Positions 1 through 12,948 are shown, numbered from the stretch's first letter. The stretch is 64,000 bases of DNA from Octopus bimaculoides (GCF_001194135.2 NC_068987.1:50127831-50191830), one strand, 5' to 3'. The notes: generated by a model from the sequence alone, not told the origin. Program-made: numbers and translations.

Positions 1-143
1 AACAAAAAACAAAAAACAAAAAAACTCATTTTTCCTTTTAATCTCAAAATTTTATATTGTTATACATACATAGGAATATTATACCCCACTTAACTATAGG
101 TTCTCCATGCATAAAGCATCTCAGAGAAATCTATCATGTTATT

Positions 144-366
144 TTAACTTGTTGGATGCCAACCTGATTGAGGCTGCCTACTGGTCAGTGATACAAACTT
201 CCTGCTTTAAAGTGATCTAAATTAAAACCCTCAATTAAAATTTCATGTTTATGTTCCAAATGTCCAGTTAAAATAATAGAAAAACTATTCTACTAAATTT
301 TCCTTTATTTTCATAATTGAAACAAACCAGTGTATACCAATAGAAATATATTGACAAAAGTGTTAA
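144..366 (+). mobile_element. piggyBac-type MITE family P2
   Basis: TTAA at both ends and the P2 body. Other copies at about 3385-3525(-), 9010-9250(+), 16117-16552(-, split), 18405-18560(-), 20850-21095(+), 40954-41167(-), 41460-41665(-) and 46085-46180(-). Confidence 0.7.
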
Positions 367-502
367 ATTGCCTAATTAGGGAATGATTTTTTGCTCAAAA
401 TATCTTTATATTCACTCAGACATTCTAAGATCTTGTAATGACTCGTCAGACTATGATTCACTAAGAAAGTTTGCAAAGTCTGAAACATGTCTAGAATTTA
501 CT

Positions 503-830
503 CTTTTACTTCTTTCAGTCATTTGACTGTGACCATGCTGGAGCACCGCCTTTAGTCGAGCTAATCGACCCCAGGACTTATTCTTTGTAAGCCTAGTACT
601 TATACTATCAGTCTCTTTTTGCCGAACCACTAAGTTATGGGGACGTAAACACACCAGCATNNNNNNNNNNACGGGCTTCTTTCAGTTTCTGTCTACCAAA
701 TCCACTCACAAGGCTTTGGTTGGCCTGAGGCTATAGTAGAAGACACTTGCCCAATGTGCCATGCAGTGGGACTGAACCTGGAACCATGTGGTTGGTAAGC
801 AAGCTACTTACCACACAGACACTCCTGCAC
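503..830 (-). mobile_element. SINE family A (tRNA-like head, tail type 1)
   Basis: Head (GGAGTG)GCTGTGTGGTAAG...GGTTCAGTCCC with Pol III A/B-box-like motifs. Tail ending TGACTGAAAGAAGTAAAAGA. A 10-N gap replaces the internal microsatellite. Confidence 0.85.
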
Positions 831-1114
831 CTATCAGTGTATTATACAGTTAGTATATTTTACAAAAATCAGAATCACTCCTTACAACATGCACTCATTC
901 AATTTTTTTCAGTTTGATCTTTAGGTTTTGTCACTTGTACCTACTTGGACAAAAATTTTTATTAATGCTAATAATTTTCTTTTTATTATGAGAGTATTTT
1001 TAATTGATTAAAAAAGATTTTAGGCTCATTATGTAATATTCTCCACTTAACTCTAATTTTTATGCAAAAGGCACTACTGGGAAAGTTTCCCATATCACAA
1101 CTGTGTGTATGTGT

Positions 1115-1460
1115 ATTTATTTTCTATGGTTGGATGCCCTCACCTGTTTCCAAGCAAGCTAATATGGATGTTTCTATGGAAAATTAGAAGCAAATGGCAC
1201 CGCTGATATGGCAATGACGTTAACAGCCAATACACACACACACACAATAGGCTTCTTTCAGTTTGTACCTACCAAATCCCCTCTCAAAGTTTTGGTTGAC
1301 TAAGGGCTTTAGTAAACACTTTTTCAAGGTGTCATCCCCTCTCAAAGTTTTGGTTGACTAAAGGGTTTAGTAAACACTTTTTCAAGGTGTCATGTAATGG
1401 AACTGAACCTGAAGGACTTTTTATTGGGAGCAAACTTCTTAACCACATAGCCATGCCTGT
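1115..1460 (-). mobile_element. SINE family A (tail type 2, partial) with internal 58-bp tandem duplication
   Basis: Head at 1248-1460. Unit TCCCCTCTCAAAG...AAGGTGTCA occurs at 1277-1334 and 1335-1392. Confidence 0.75.
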
Positions 1461-1495
1461 GCATCTCTCTCTTTATATATATATATATATATATA

Positions 1496-2746
1496 TCAGG
1501 TTGAGTAAAAAGTAAGCAACGTTTTGAACCATAAAGAATTTGTACCAGATTTTTGCAGAGTTCTGAATTTAACATTTGTTTTGCAATTGTCTGATAATAC
1601 AGACATAGACTTGCCCAAATGCATCAATAAATTAACATTGATATTTTTTCCACCGTTGTTACAATCATCTGAAATGGAACTGTCAAAGTGTAATATTTGA
1701 GCAATTTTGCTATTCAACTTCAAAAAAGGACGTAAAGCAGCTGAAACTGTTTGTGATATCAATGAAATGTTTGATGAGGAAATGACTTGTGAGTGGTCAG
1801 TTTGAAAATGGTTTAAATGATTTCGCAGTGGAGACCTGAACCTTGAAGACTGAGTGGAGTGGATGTCCATCTGTCATCAATGACAGTCAATTAAAGACCG
1901 TCATTGAGAAAGATATACATAAAACCACTCAAGAACTGGCAAAAGGACTTCAAGTTAGCCAGAAAACTGCCTGCAATTATTTGCATGCAATCGGAAAATT
2001 AAAAAAGCTCAACAAATGGGTACCACCCAATTTGAATAAAAATCAGAAAACGCGCAGACATGAAATTTGCTTGTTGTTTCTTCTCTGTAACTAAACTGAT
2101 CCATGTCTTAACCATATTGTAACTTGTGATAAAAAGTGGATTCTGTTCAATAATAAAAAATGTTCTTCACAGTGGTTGGACCAGAATAAAACACTGAAAA
2201 CCTTTGCTAAACCTTGAGCTCTTCAAAAAGAAGATTATGGTGACTGTTTGGTGGTGGACTGCTGGACTTATCCACTATGATTTCTTAAAATCCAGAAAAA
2301 CCATTACTGCAGAAACATATTGCCATGAAATTGCCAAAATGAATGAAAATTTGTTACTCCTCCATCCTAGACTGGTCAACAGAAGGAGGCCAATCATTCT
2401 TCATGACAATGCTTGACCACATGTTTCACTAATGACACTCCAGAAGCTGAGGGAACTTGGCTATGAAGTTCTTCCCCACCCAGCTTATTCTCTAGACCTT
2501 TCTCCTACTGACTACCACTTTTTCAAGTACCTTGATGGTTTCTGCAAGAGGAGTTAAAAAATCAAACTGATACTGAAAGTGCTTTCAAAGAGTTCATCAG
2601 CTCCAGAACTCCAAATTTGTAACTCGTTGGCAAAAATCTGTTGATTGTAATGGTACTTATTTTGAGGAAGAAAATGTTCACATTGTTGAAATATATTGTG
2701 ATGAATTTCATGTTTCAAATCATTGCTCACTTTTTACTCAGCCTGA
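1496..2746 (+). mobile_element. Full-length decayed mariner DNA transposon (Hsmar1/cecropia-like, DD34D)
   Basis: TIRs TCAGGTTGAGTAAAAAGTAAGCAACG (1496) and reverse complement TCAGGCTGAGTAAAAAGTGAGCAATG (ends 2746). TA on both sides (1494-95, 2747-48); 1251 bp. Confidence 0.95.
1674..2668 (+). pseudogene. Mariner transposase pseudogene with stops and frameshifts
   Basis: ATG at 1674. Segments AILLFNFKKGRKAAET, KKLNKWVPPNL, IVTCDKKW, KKIMVTVWWTAGLIHY, ILHDNA and YEVLPHPAYSLDLSPTDYHFF. 34 residues separate the HDNA Asp from the PTD Asp. Covers track ORFs 1843-2094 and 2204-2416. Confidence 0.93.
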
Positions 2747-5700
2747 TATATATATTATATATTTATCCGGATGAATTTGTCTTCATCCTTTAATAGGAAT
2801 TTTTTCCATAGATTTCTAATTTCTTCATACATTATTTACGAATTTTTAAATCATATAGGTGTGAAAGTATGTAAAGAAATAATCAATATCGGACTTAAAA
2901 CTAAGTTCAATAAATTTCATCAAATAAATGAAATGAAACAGATTGGATGTTAAAATGGATTATGATTTTATTGCACATTCTCAGACAATTGTTTTGGACA
3001 AAAGGACAAAAATTTCCATAAAGAGAACATCATAAAGATTGAATTTGTACTCTTCAGGAGATGAAATTTAAAGTAAAATAAAAATAAACAAAAAGACTTT
3101 TAAAATATACATAGAATTGTTTCTTATCATTATTATTTAGGCATTTGTATATTCATTCTTCCACTCACAATTATTAGGATCGAGACTAAAACATTGGTTG
3201 CTTAAATATCTAATATTTAATTTTTGACTTCCTCTCTATTAAATCCAATAAAATTTGTTTTTTAATAGCATATAGCTCCTTATTTGGTATTTCTGAATGG
3301 GCTTACACATACATCTTGACCAGTATTTTCTATAGGGAGTTTTTAAGTAGATATATATTGGATTTAATAGCAAGGAAGTAAAAAATCTTTGTCATTATTA
3401 ACCTGGCGTTTGGAACATAAATTGACATGAAATTTTGATGAATGGTTTTAATTTAGATCACTTTAAAGCAGGAAGTTTGTATCATAGAACCAAGGGTGGC
3501 CCCAGGGTTGGCATTAAAAGGAAAATTGGAATGCCACACAACCCAATTTGATATTCATTGCATTTTATACTTTCAATGAATTTTTAACTGTTTCCGTGTA
3601 TGATTGAAATAGCAGAGTCAAAAGACAACTTATGCTGTAATAAACAAATCTAAATTATGGAGAGTGTTGTGGAATAAATTAACTTTTTTCATAATTCTTA
3701 TTATTGTCTTGACAAACAAATTACAAATAGTGTGCTCGAACTTGCTTTTTTGTCTGTCTTTGGACATAAATAATACACTTGTCTCTCTACCTATCATTGG
3801 AAACCTCATACTGGAAGCTAAATGAAGGAAATAAGTTATTTCTCTTGATTGGTACAATGAGGTATGGCTTGTGGATTTGTATATTGTTGCAGGTGCTGTT
3901 TTGTTAGTTTTGCACAAGTATTGTATTTATCTTGCCAAAAGTCATCTAGTTTAATCAAGATGTTATTGCTTTATAAGCAATCAATAACTTTTCCTATTGT
4001 TTGTTAGGTAAAAATGTTAATTTTTAATTCCAAAGAGAATCAGTGTAATAGATAAACAATTGTTTTCATCTCTTTCACCCCATCCTTCACTTATTTTTCG
4101 ACATAAACTAGTTGTATTGCTGTTCACGGGCGTATTATAGTTGCAACACATATGCCTGTATCCTCCATTTTTACACGTTACGGTAATTGCTGTTACCTGG
4201 GTATTCATACACACACACACACACGTATATATAATTATAATTGCTACACATATGCCTATGCTTATTTCTATCTGTAATAACAAAAATGTTCTTAAATTTT
4301 ATAAACAATGTTGGTTAAAGCTAAACTATAATTAAAAAATACAAACAAAATCAGACAATGCTATAAAAAATAACTCAAATATGTGGTGTACATAAATATT
4401 TCTCTATGGAAATTTCCTTCTCAGTTGGAGAAAGAATACCAGAAACCTAATTAGTGACCCATTAGTGAATCATCATTAATGAATTTCAAAGATCAAGGGA
4501 TACAATTTCAGTTAAAAGTTAGCACTTGACATGTTTTCTCTCTTATTGGGCTTCATCAGTATAGCTTGTCTACTCGAACCTACTTTGATCAGTTGACACT
4601 AGTTTTTATATATAGGAAAAGCTTTTTGGTCAGTACTAGCATAAAATGAGCTAAGGGAAATAACTCAAGTGAACTAACAGCAAGAATTTAAATAAGTTAA
4701 GAAGTAATGTGCTAAGAGGCATAATAAAAAAATCTCAATTAACTGAATTTCTAAACAGTAGTTTAGTCAGTAACTAAAGCTGAAGTTCCTTTTCTAATTT
4801 CTTCCTATTCTTGAAGAAATTCTGATAAAAAATGGCATGCTTCATTGCAAGAGAGATTTCCATTGTGATTTGAAGGTCATGCAATAAATATCACCATTTT
4901 CGTAAATTAACCTAACTTCTTCTTCCAATGTTTTTATTTATTTATTTTATTTTGCTATTGGCATCAGGGGCTTTGTGTCTGGAATATTTTTTTGGAAGTT
5001 AGCAATTTCTTCAATCTTCTTTCTTGGCATTTTTGTTTCTTTTTATTATTGATTTTTTTTCTTCATTTCTTCTCCTTTACCATGTATTGGTAAGCATGGG
5101 TACTGGTAGTCTTTGGTGATCTTCATATGTAGGAAGGATAAAAAAAAAAAATGGTAATGATATTCACACAGTAACTCAAAATGGTAGGAAAGATGGAAAG
5201 ATAGCTTTTCCACAGCAATTAAATTAACAACTGCTAGTATTCTATTCCCCATTCTGTAAGTCTCTCTTTTTTCTTTTGTTTGTTGTTTCTAACTTAGTAT
5301 TCATCTACCACTTTATTCTCTTTTCCATTTAATAGTATTCTACTATGTTTTTTTTTTTTTTTTTTTTTTTTTGATTACTAAAAAGACAGCTGCTACTAAG
5401 TTTTATACACCTTCAAATATTTTCATCTTAATAAATAAATGCTGATGACATTTTAGAATTTGGCAGTAATTTCTTGAATCTACAAAGGAAGTAAGGAAAG
5501 AAAAACAAGAAATTCTTTTCCTTTCCTATCTCTTTGTTTACCTTCTGTCTTTGTCTGATACTCTTTTCCAGAATGCTATAGAAAGCTTTTTTGATTCCAC
5601 CCCACTACTTTCTGAAATGAAAGTTATCAACTTCTAAACACTCCCACACCTCCACTCCTTGATTTCTTTCTCTGCCCCATGCTAAATTCAGTACATTCTC

Positions 5701-6289
5701 TCTGACATCTGCCAGAGCTTATGAGTGTTTTCTGAATTATTTCGCCTATTACCAATTCATTGGGAATGAGTCCCAGCTAAACTGATATCTCTCCAACAAC
5801 ATATTACTCTAGTTTAATCTCTAGAATCTTACACCCACTCCCTCTCTAAAAAAATGTATGAAAATACAGTCCCAAATACACTAATTTCTGACTAATCTCT
5901 CTGAAAAGTGTAAATAAATATATATAAATATTTATTCCGCTTGTCAAAATGTGACTGCAGAAAGTAACTCATGTTATCAATTTTTACCCTTCATGTTTCT
6001 GTGTTTTCATCTACTTTAGTTCCTATATTGATTTCAGTTTTAAATTCTTCTTTAAGCTTATTTCTTGCTTCACTTCATTCTTCACTAAACAACGTCTTGA
6101 GAAATTACTCTCTCCACACATCCTGCATAATTAACTGTCGCATGATGTTGTCGATTTGGTTTGAATGAGACGAAATATCAAAGGAAAATTTTTTTTTTTT
6201 TGCATAATCCAGTGACTTGGAGAATTGAAATATAAAAATCAAGAGGAGTAATGCGCAGTTAAGTTGGGGTGGGTGATTTATCTTTCCCA

Positions 6290-7040
6290 CATTATGCTCA
6301 AAAGTTGAACATAAGAAGCATCAGATGTGGTGTACAAGAGAGACAACTGCGTTGGTATGGTCATGTGTTGCATATGGATGAGAATAGCTGTGTGAAAAAG
6401 TGTCACACCCTAGCAGTAGAAGGAACCTGTGGAAGAGGCAGACCCAGGAAGACCTGGGTTGAGGTTGTGAAGCATGACCTTCGAATGTTGGGCCTCGTGG
6501 AGGTGATGACAAGTGACCGAGACCTTTGGAGATATGCTGTGCTTGAGAAGACCCAGCAAGCCAAATGAAACCATAACCATGGCTTATGCCAGTGTAGCAT
6601 AACTGGCCCATTTAAGAGTACCCTTCTATCATTTGGCAATAAACTGCGTTTGCGAAGACCTGTTGAGTCAAATGAAATCATTGTCATGGCCGATGACAGT
6701 ACTGCTTGATTGGCATCCATACCGGTGGCACATAAAAGGCACCATTTGAGCGTGGTCGATGCCAGTGCTGCCTTCCTGGTCCCATGCCAATGGCATGTAA
6801 AAAGCACCATTCAAGCGTGGTCGATGCCAGTACTGCCTGACTGGCCCTCGTGCTGGTGATATGTAAAAAGCATTCACTACACTCTCAGAGTGGTTGGCAT
6901 TAGGAAGGGCATCTAGCTGTAGAAACTTTGCCAGATCAGATTGGAGCCTGGTGCAGCCTTCTGGCTTGCCAGATCCCAGTCAAACCATCCAACCCATACC
7001 AGCATGGAAAGCAGATGTTAAACAATGATGATGATGACAT
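6290..7040 (+). mobile_element. RTE-clade LINE 3' fragment: ORF C-terminus, tandem-repeat 3'UTR, (GAT)n tail
   Basis: ORF 6269-6568 contains ERQLRWYGHVLHMDENSCVKKC...GRGRPRKTW, typical of the RTE C-terminus. Tail ...AGCATGGAAAGCAGATGTTAAACAATGATGATGATG. Confidence 0.9.
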
Positions 7041-7043
7041 TTA

Positions 7044-7490
7044 ATCATCATCATCATTTTAAAATACATGAGTCCATACTTGCATGAGTTGGGCAGAATT
7101 CATTGTCTGTCTTATGCATGTCCAGCCTTGAGGAAATATTACCTTGCTTGGAAGTAGATGTGGGTTGGCAAGAGGAAGGTTTTCTATGGCCAAATACCCT
7201 TCCTGTTGCTAACCCTCACCTGTTTCCAAACAAGGTATTATTTTCCTATGACAGGATATGTTTACACAGAAGATTGGAAATGAATGACACAGCCTTTAGA
7301 ATGGTGACACTCATTTACAACCACCATGTGATGTCAAAACAAGGAGAAACACACATATATGGCAGGTTTCTTTCAGTTTCCATCTACCCAATCCACTCAC
7401 AAGGCTTCGGTCAGCCCAAGGTAGATGATACTTGCCCAAGGTGATACACAGTGGGACTGAATCTGAAACCAAACATGGATGGGAAGTGAT
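7044..7490 (-). mobile_element. SINE family A, tail type 2
   Basis: (CAT)n, then the CCTGTTTCCAAACAAGGTATTATT body, then head TTTCTTTCAGTTTCCATCTACCCAATCCACTCACAAGGC. Confidence 0.8.
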
Positions 7491-9399
7491 GTTTATTATT
7501 ATTCTGGTAGATGAAGAAAAAACAACAACAATCTGTTTGTATCTCACTAGGTATAACTCTTGTTAAAATAAGATCTGGGAAGAATTAACAGATGTTATTG
7601 CTAGGAATATGACATGAAGCAGTTTAAAAGATCCAGGTTAGCAACAGAAATAAGAACATTAATAATAATTATGGTTTTTCACTTTGGCACAGAACTACAA
7701 ATAACGTTGGAGACAGACTATAGCTGACTGAATTGAGGTTAGTATATGACTGTTGTTTCTTTTACCAAACCTGAAGCAATGAAGAGAAAAATTGGCCCTG
7801 GTAAGATCTGAACCTAGAACATGAAAAATGTGCTTAAATACTGTGTGATAGTAAGTGTGGCACTCTGCCATTTCTACCACCCTGTCAGCTAGTATAATTG
7901 ATTCCTTATATAGACTCAATGTCTCTAATTTTGGGAGTAGGTGTAGTCGATGAAATCAGCTTCATTAATCAACTTGCATGGTTCTTATTTTGTCCTCAAA
8001 AATGAATGGCTAAGTTAACCTTGTGGGGTTTGAGTCAGAGCATAAACAGACATGACCAAATACTGTAAGTTTGGTGAACTAGCAAATTCATGAAAGTGTA
8101 GGACATTTGTTCTGGCTCTCTATGCTCTGAGTTCAAATCTCACTGAAGCCAACTTTACCTTTCATCCTTTCATCACCTACCGTTCAATATTTTCATAGGT
8201 TAGATGGAATTTGTTGAGGCAGATGCTCTACAGCTGAATGCCCTCCTTGTCACTATCTCTCACTTGTTTCCAAGCAAGCTAACGGTATAGATAATCCTTT
8301 AGAAATAATCAAACTCCACCCACCAAAAACAAAACACCACAAAAATCTCATATACAAAATATTCCCATATTCAGCCAGAAATAACAATGCAGAACCAACT
8401 GCTCCATGCTCAACATTAAAACCAGAAACCAATTCTGACTCCCCCTCAGCAAAATCAGATGAAGCCCAATGAGTCTCAGCAATACTAGAAACAACTCATA
8501 TCATAAATATAAAAAAAAATTAACAAAAAAAAAAAAATACCCATATGATATTTCCCCATGGCCAGACATGTTTTTCACGGAAGAACGGAAATGAACTGAA
8601 GATGTATTTTATGCAAGTTTTCAACACAAGGCCATCAAACAATGTCTTTCTTTTGGCCAATAAATTCATGAACAAGTTATCTTGTGATGACTAATATCTT
8701 CTTTGACTTAATTGTGTCAACATATTCTTCTGCGTAATTTTAAGAATTTTCTAACTTTTCCCTCTTCCTTCTCTTAACCATTTTTTCTTAATTTTTAAAA
8801 GATTATTTTATTTTTAAGAAACAAAAACAGATTTAATTTTTTGTTAAATTTTAATCTTTTTAATTAGTTGTGAATCATTTTTGTAATGCATTTTTTAGTT
8901 AAATATTTTATTTGTTTATGGCTAAGGTTTGTGATTCTTTCTTTATAACTTACCCATTTGGCCATTATACTTTGAAGCTACAATAAGGCTAATAATGATG
9001 AGCCCTTGTGCCTTTTAATACCAACCCACCTGAAATTGCCCCTTCTTAAATGACACAAACTCTTGTTTTAAAATTATCTAAATTAAATCCCATCAAAATT
9101 TCATGTTAAATTATGTTCTAAACACCAGCTTAAGTAAAAATACTAAACAACAGTCTTGTAAAATAACAAGGTTATTTAACTATACTCTTTATTATTTTCA
9201 AAATTATTTAAAAAAAGGCAGTGTATTTGTATAGAAATATGGTAATGCTAAATTCTTAGACATCAGAAGAGGGAAGAGTCATAAGAAGCAGAGTGTTCAT
9301 CATTGTCCTAAGAGGATTTGGTAATATCAATGTAAATGAAACTTGGGTTACAGGTTCCAAGGTACATAGAGGCACTGTTTATTTTATAATATTTCATAA

Positions 9400-9625
9400 A
9401 GGTGAGCTGGCAGAATCATTAGCATCTTACAAGCTTAGTAACATTTCAGCCATCTTTACGTTCTGAGTTCAAATTCTGCTGACGTCAACTTTGCCTTTCT
9501 TCCTTTCAAGATGGATGAAATAAGTACTAGTTGAGTACTGGGGCTGATGCAATCGACTTACCCTCACCCCTGAAATTGTTGGCTTTGTACCAAAATTTGA
9601 AATCAATATTTCATAGTGGTCATCA
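9400..9625 (+). mobile_element. SINE family B (tRNA-like head GGTGAGCTGGCAGAATC)
   Basis: A-box-like TGGCAGAATC, B-box-like GAGTTCAAATTC, core CAACTTTGCCTTTC(A)TCCTTTC...ATAAGTAC. Other copies at about 7640-7880(-), 8075-8180(+), 14400-14950(-, three pieces), 31840-32000(+) and 41800-41950(-). Confidence 0.8.
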
Positions 9626-11094
9626 TCATCATCATAGTTGATAGAAATGGATAATTTCGTGATATACTTCATTATTGTTATCATCGTTATTATCATCATT
9701 GTTATCATTTTACATCCACTATTCCTACTAGCATGGATTGGACATTTTGACGGGTATTTTATTTTATATTATACTAAACATGGGGTAAACACTGAAATAT
9801 AAAAGAAACTTGTTTTCAAACAGCATTTATAGATATAATTTCAAATTCAGTTATGAATTAGAGATGTTTTAGTGGAATATATGTGATGTGTTTGAAGTGA
9901 ATATTTTTTAGTTGTTACAAAAACAACACATAATTTTGTTTTACTTGTTGATACAAAATACTTCTGTTATTAAAGGTACTTCAATTGTTTTGTTTTTTTT
10001 GGCAAACACTGCATCCATCTTTCTCACTCTCTCCTCCATCCTGTACACAAATACACATAGGCATGTAATGTAATATATGCAATCACATGTATGTATACTT
10101 TCTCACTATCTCTTTCTGTTTTTCATGTTCCTTATTTTTGCATATAGAATCTCTTTCTCTCTCTGACCCCTCACATCTGCAAGTATATAATTAGATAAAT
10201 GAAATATCTGATACAGACACAAAATCCTTATACATTCAGTTTCAAAGAAGTATTTGTCCTGCATAATTGCATATTTAAACAGATGTTCTTTCGGACTGAC
10301 TTACAAATATATATTTATGGATGAAAGATCCATACTTAATATTTGTCTGCTTGTTATTTGGATGAAATTGACGAAATGACTGTATGCAATTTTGGGATTG
10401 GTCTGCTCTGTTAAAGCAAAGAATGTTGGTTAATTTTAGATTAAAATAATTTTCAATTCTGCCATTTTCGCTCTCTTTCCAGCTATTCTCACTCACCCAT
10501 ATATATAATGCAAGATAATCATGTATCTCCTCTACTGGAAGGCACAAGTTTCTGTCCCTCTATCATACTTTAGCCTCTCAACACCCAGCATAAAGCTACC
10601 TCCCTCAATACTGTGTTTCCACTCAGTAGAGACGACATTTTAGTTTTGCAAAGTTATTTGACAATCTCAATAGTGCTGGTGCCATGAAAAAAGCACGTAA
10701 TACACTCAGTAAAGTGGCTGGTGTTAGGCAGGGCACCCAGACAGAAACTGTGTTAAAACAGACATTGGTGCTTGACACAGCCTTTTGACTTGTTGGATTC
10801 TGTCAAACTGTCCAGCTTGTACCAGCATGAAAGCTCAACATTAAATGATGACATCTTATTTCTTTTACATTATATTGTACTACATGCTATTTATCAAGTT
10901 TCACCAAAGAGAAATCCTTTTCTTTTTGTATATTATGCAAAACATTAAAAACAGGAAAATTGAAAATTGCAGAAGTCAATTTTGTTAAAGTTGTAACATG
11001 TTTTTTTTACAATTCCTTTCAAAGATATAAAATAGAAATCAAGTGCTTCAGAATAATTGTATGTGCTTGTGTTTTGTCCTGTTTATTTTTAGAA

Positions 11095-12320
11095 ATACAT
11101 CTCTGATAGACATGCCAATGATCTAGAACATCTCTATGCCTGTGACCTAGTTCTCATAACTGAGTCTGTCAAAAAATTATAGAAGAAATTGAATTTGTAA
11201 ATGCCTAAGCAATACCTAGAATCAAGTGGATTTAAAGTAAACCTTGCAAAGATAAAAGTTTCAGTTAACATTAACCCATCTGATATCAACTTGTGTGAAA
11301 CTACTCTTAGTACTATGATACAAACTTTTTTTTTTCAAGCGATTTAAATTAAGACCATCTATCAAAATTTTATGTTAATTTACGTTCCAAACATCAGCTT
11401 AATAATGACAGATATTTTACTAAATTCTTTATTTTCAAAATTAATTGAAACAAATCAAAGGCAGTCTATTTCAGTAGAAATATGGTAAGAAAAGAATTAA
11501 AGAAAACAGGACCCTACAGATATCAAAGAGTTAGCTATGCTTAAATATGCAGAAAAGAAGTAGATAAGAATGCTATATGGTGTACCCTATGTAAACTATG
11601 GGTGCAGAAGAGACCTGGTGGCTTCATAAACAGGTTGACATAAAAGAGGGATTTTATACATAGCAGGTGTGGTTAGTAGTTAGCTAGATTCTTTCAAATA
11701 TTCAAAAGGCTGTTACTTAGGTGACCTAATTCAAGGTGGAGGTGAGTGTCTTGAAAGCATTGCAGCAGAATAAGACAGGAGGGGAGAAAGTGCAATGAGC
11801 TATCACCTTGACTGTCATCAGAGGGTTTTCTCTCTGTGAATAAAAAGCAAATTGTTTGATACTTGTGTACTGAGTGTGATATTGCATGGTAACAAAACAT
11901 GGACATTGAATGTAAAGAATTTACAGAGGCTGGAATGTAATAAAACAAGCTTGCTTTACTGGATGTGTAATGTTAGTTATGTATAAACAGCCTAGCTCAC
12001 ATAAACTGAGAGTAAAACTGGATATAAGAGGAATTGGATATAGTATTCAAGAGAGAGGTTTTGAGTTGGTGCAAACATGTGATGCATTTGGATGCAATGC
12101 AGACTGTTAGGTCAAGAAATATTGCATGATCCAAGTGAAAGGAGCCTGCAAGACAGAAAGATAAAGAAAGTTATGAGAAGTTGTGAAATCTGACTTCAGG
12201 TAGTTGAACCTCACATGGAGATAACAAAGGACTGTAACAATTGGTGAGATGTTGCTGGAGGGGACCATTCCAACCTAAACAAATTTGGGGGTAAACAGAT
12301 GTAAAACCATCATGATGATG
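11095..12320 (+). mobile_element. Old RTE LINE 3' half including RT catalytic region, interrupted by a MITE
   Basis: LYACDLVLITES (YADD relic, ~11134), ICRKEVDKNAIWCTLCKLWVQKR (~11546), CYLGDLIQGGG (~11710), then a degenerate C-terminus and ATGATGATG tail. Confidence 0.8.
11271..11500 (+). mobile_element. piggyBac-type MITE family P2 nested in an RTE LINE
   Basis: TTAA at 11271-74 and 11497-500. Body ...TCAAAATTTTATGTTAATTTACGTTCCAAACATCAGCTTAATAATGAC...GAAATATGGTAAG. Confidence 0.8.
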
Positions 12321-12572
12321 CCAATGATAACCTCTCAGTTTGATAAATTTAATCAATTCTACTTTACAAGTTTGTGGCATTGTGCCTATTTAAGGAGTTA
12401 ATAATGGTAATGATTTCAATATGAATATGTGGTTGTATGTGTTTATCTGTGTGTGTATACATTTCTCCATTGCAAAGAAAAACCAAAGTCCAAGTTAACT
12501 GCTGTTGGCCTAAAAGCAGCTGAAGTACAGATTAAGCTTGTATGCTCCCAGAAGAGGAAAATTCTCCCTGCA

Positions 12573-12576
<4 letters not shown>

Positions 12577-12612
<36 letters not shown>

Positions 12613-12948
12613 TCACTCACTCACTCACTCACTCACTCACTCACTCACTCACTCACNNNNNNNNNNNNNNNNNNNNNNNNNNNNNNNNNNNNNNNNNNNN
12701 NNNNNNNNNNNNNNNNNNNNNNNNNNNNNNNNNNNNNNNNNNNNNNNNNNNNNNNNNNNNNNNNNNNNNNNNNNNNNNNNNNNNNNNNNNNNNNNNNNNN
12801 NNNNNNNNNNNNNNNNNNNNNNNNNNNNNNNNNNNNNNNNNNNNNNNNNNNNCTCACTCACTCACTCACTCACTCACTCACTCACTCACTCACTCACTCA
12901 CTCACTCACTCACTCACTCACTCACTCACTCACTCACTCACTCACTCA
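12577..12948. repeat. (CA)n + (CACT)n microsatellite spanning a gap
   Basis: Direct reading; N-gap 12657-12852. Confidence 0.95.

Noticed and set aside
10305-10407. 103-nt minus-strand segment with good acceptor and GTAAGT donor
   Set aside because: Two frames are open and neither is recognisable; cannot be supported without RNA data.
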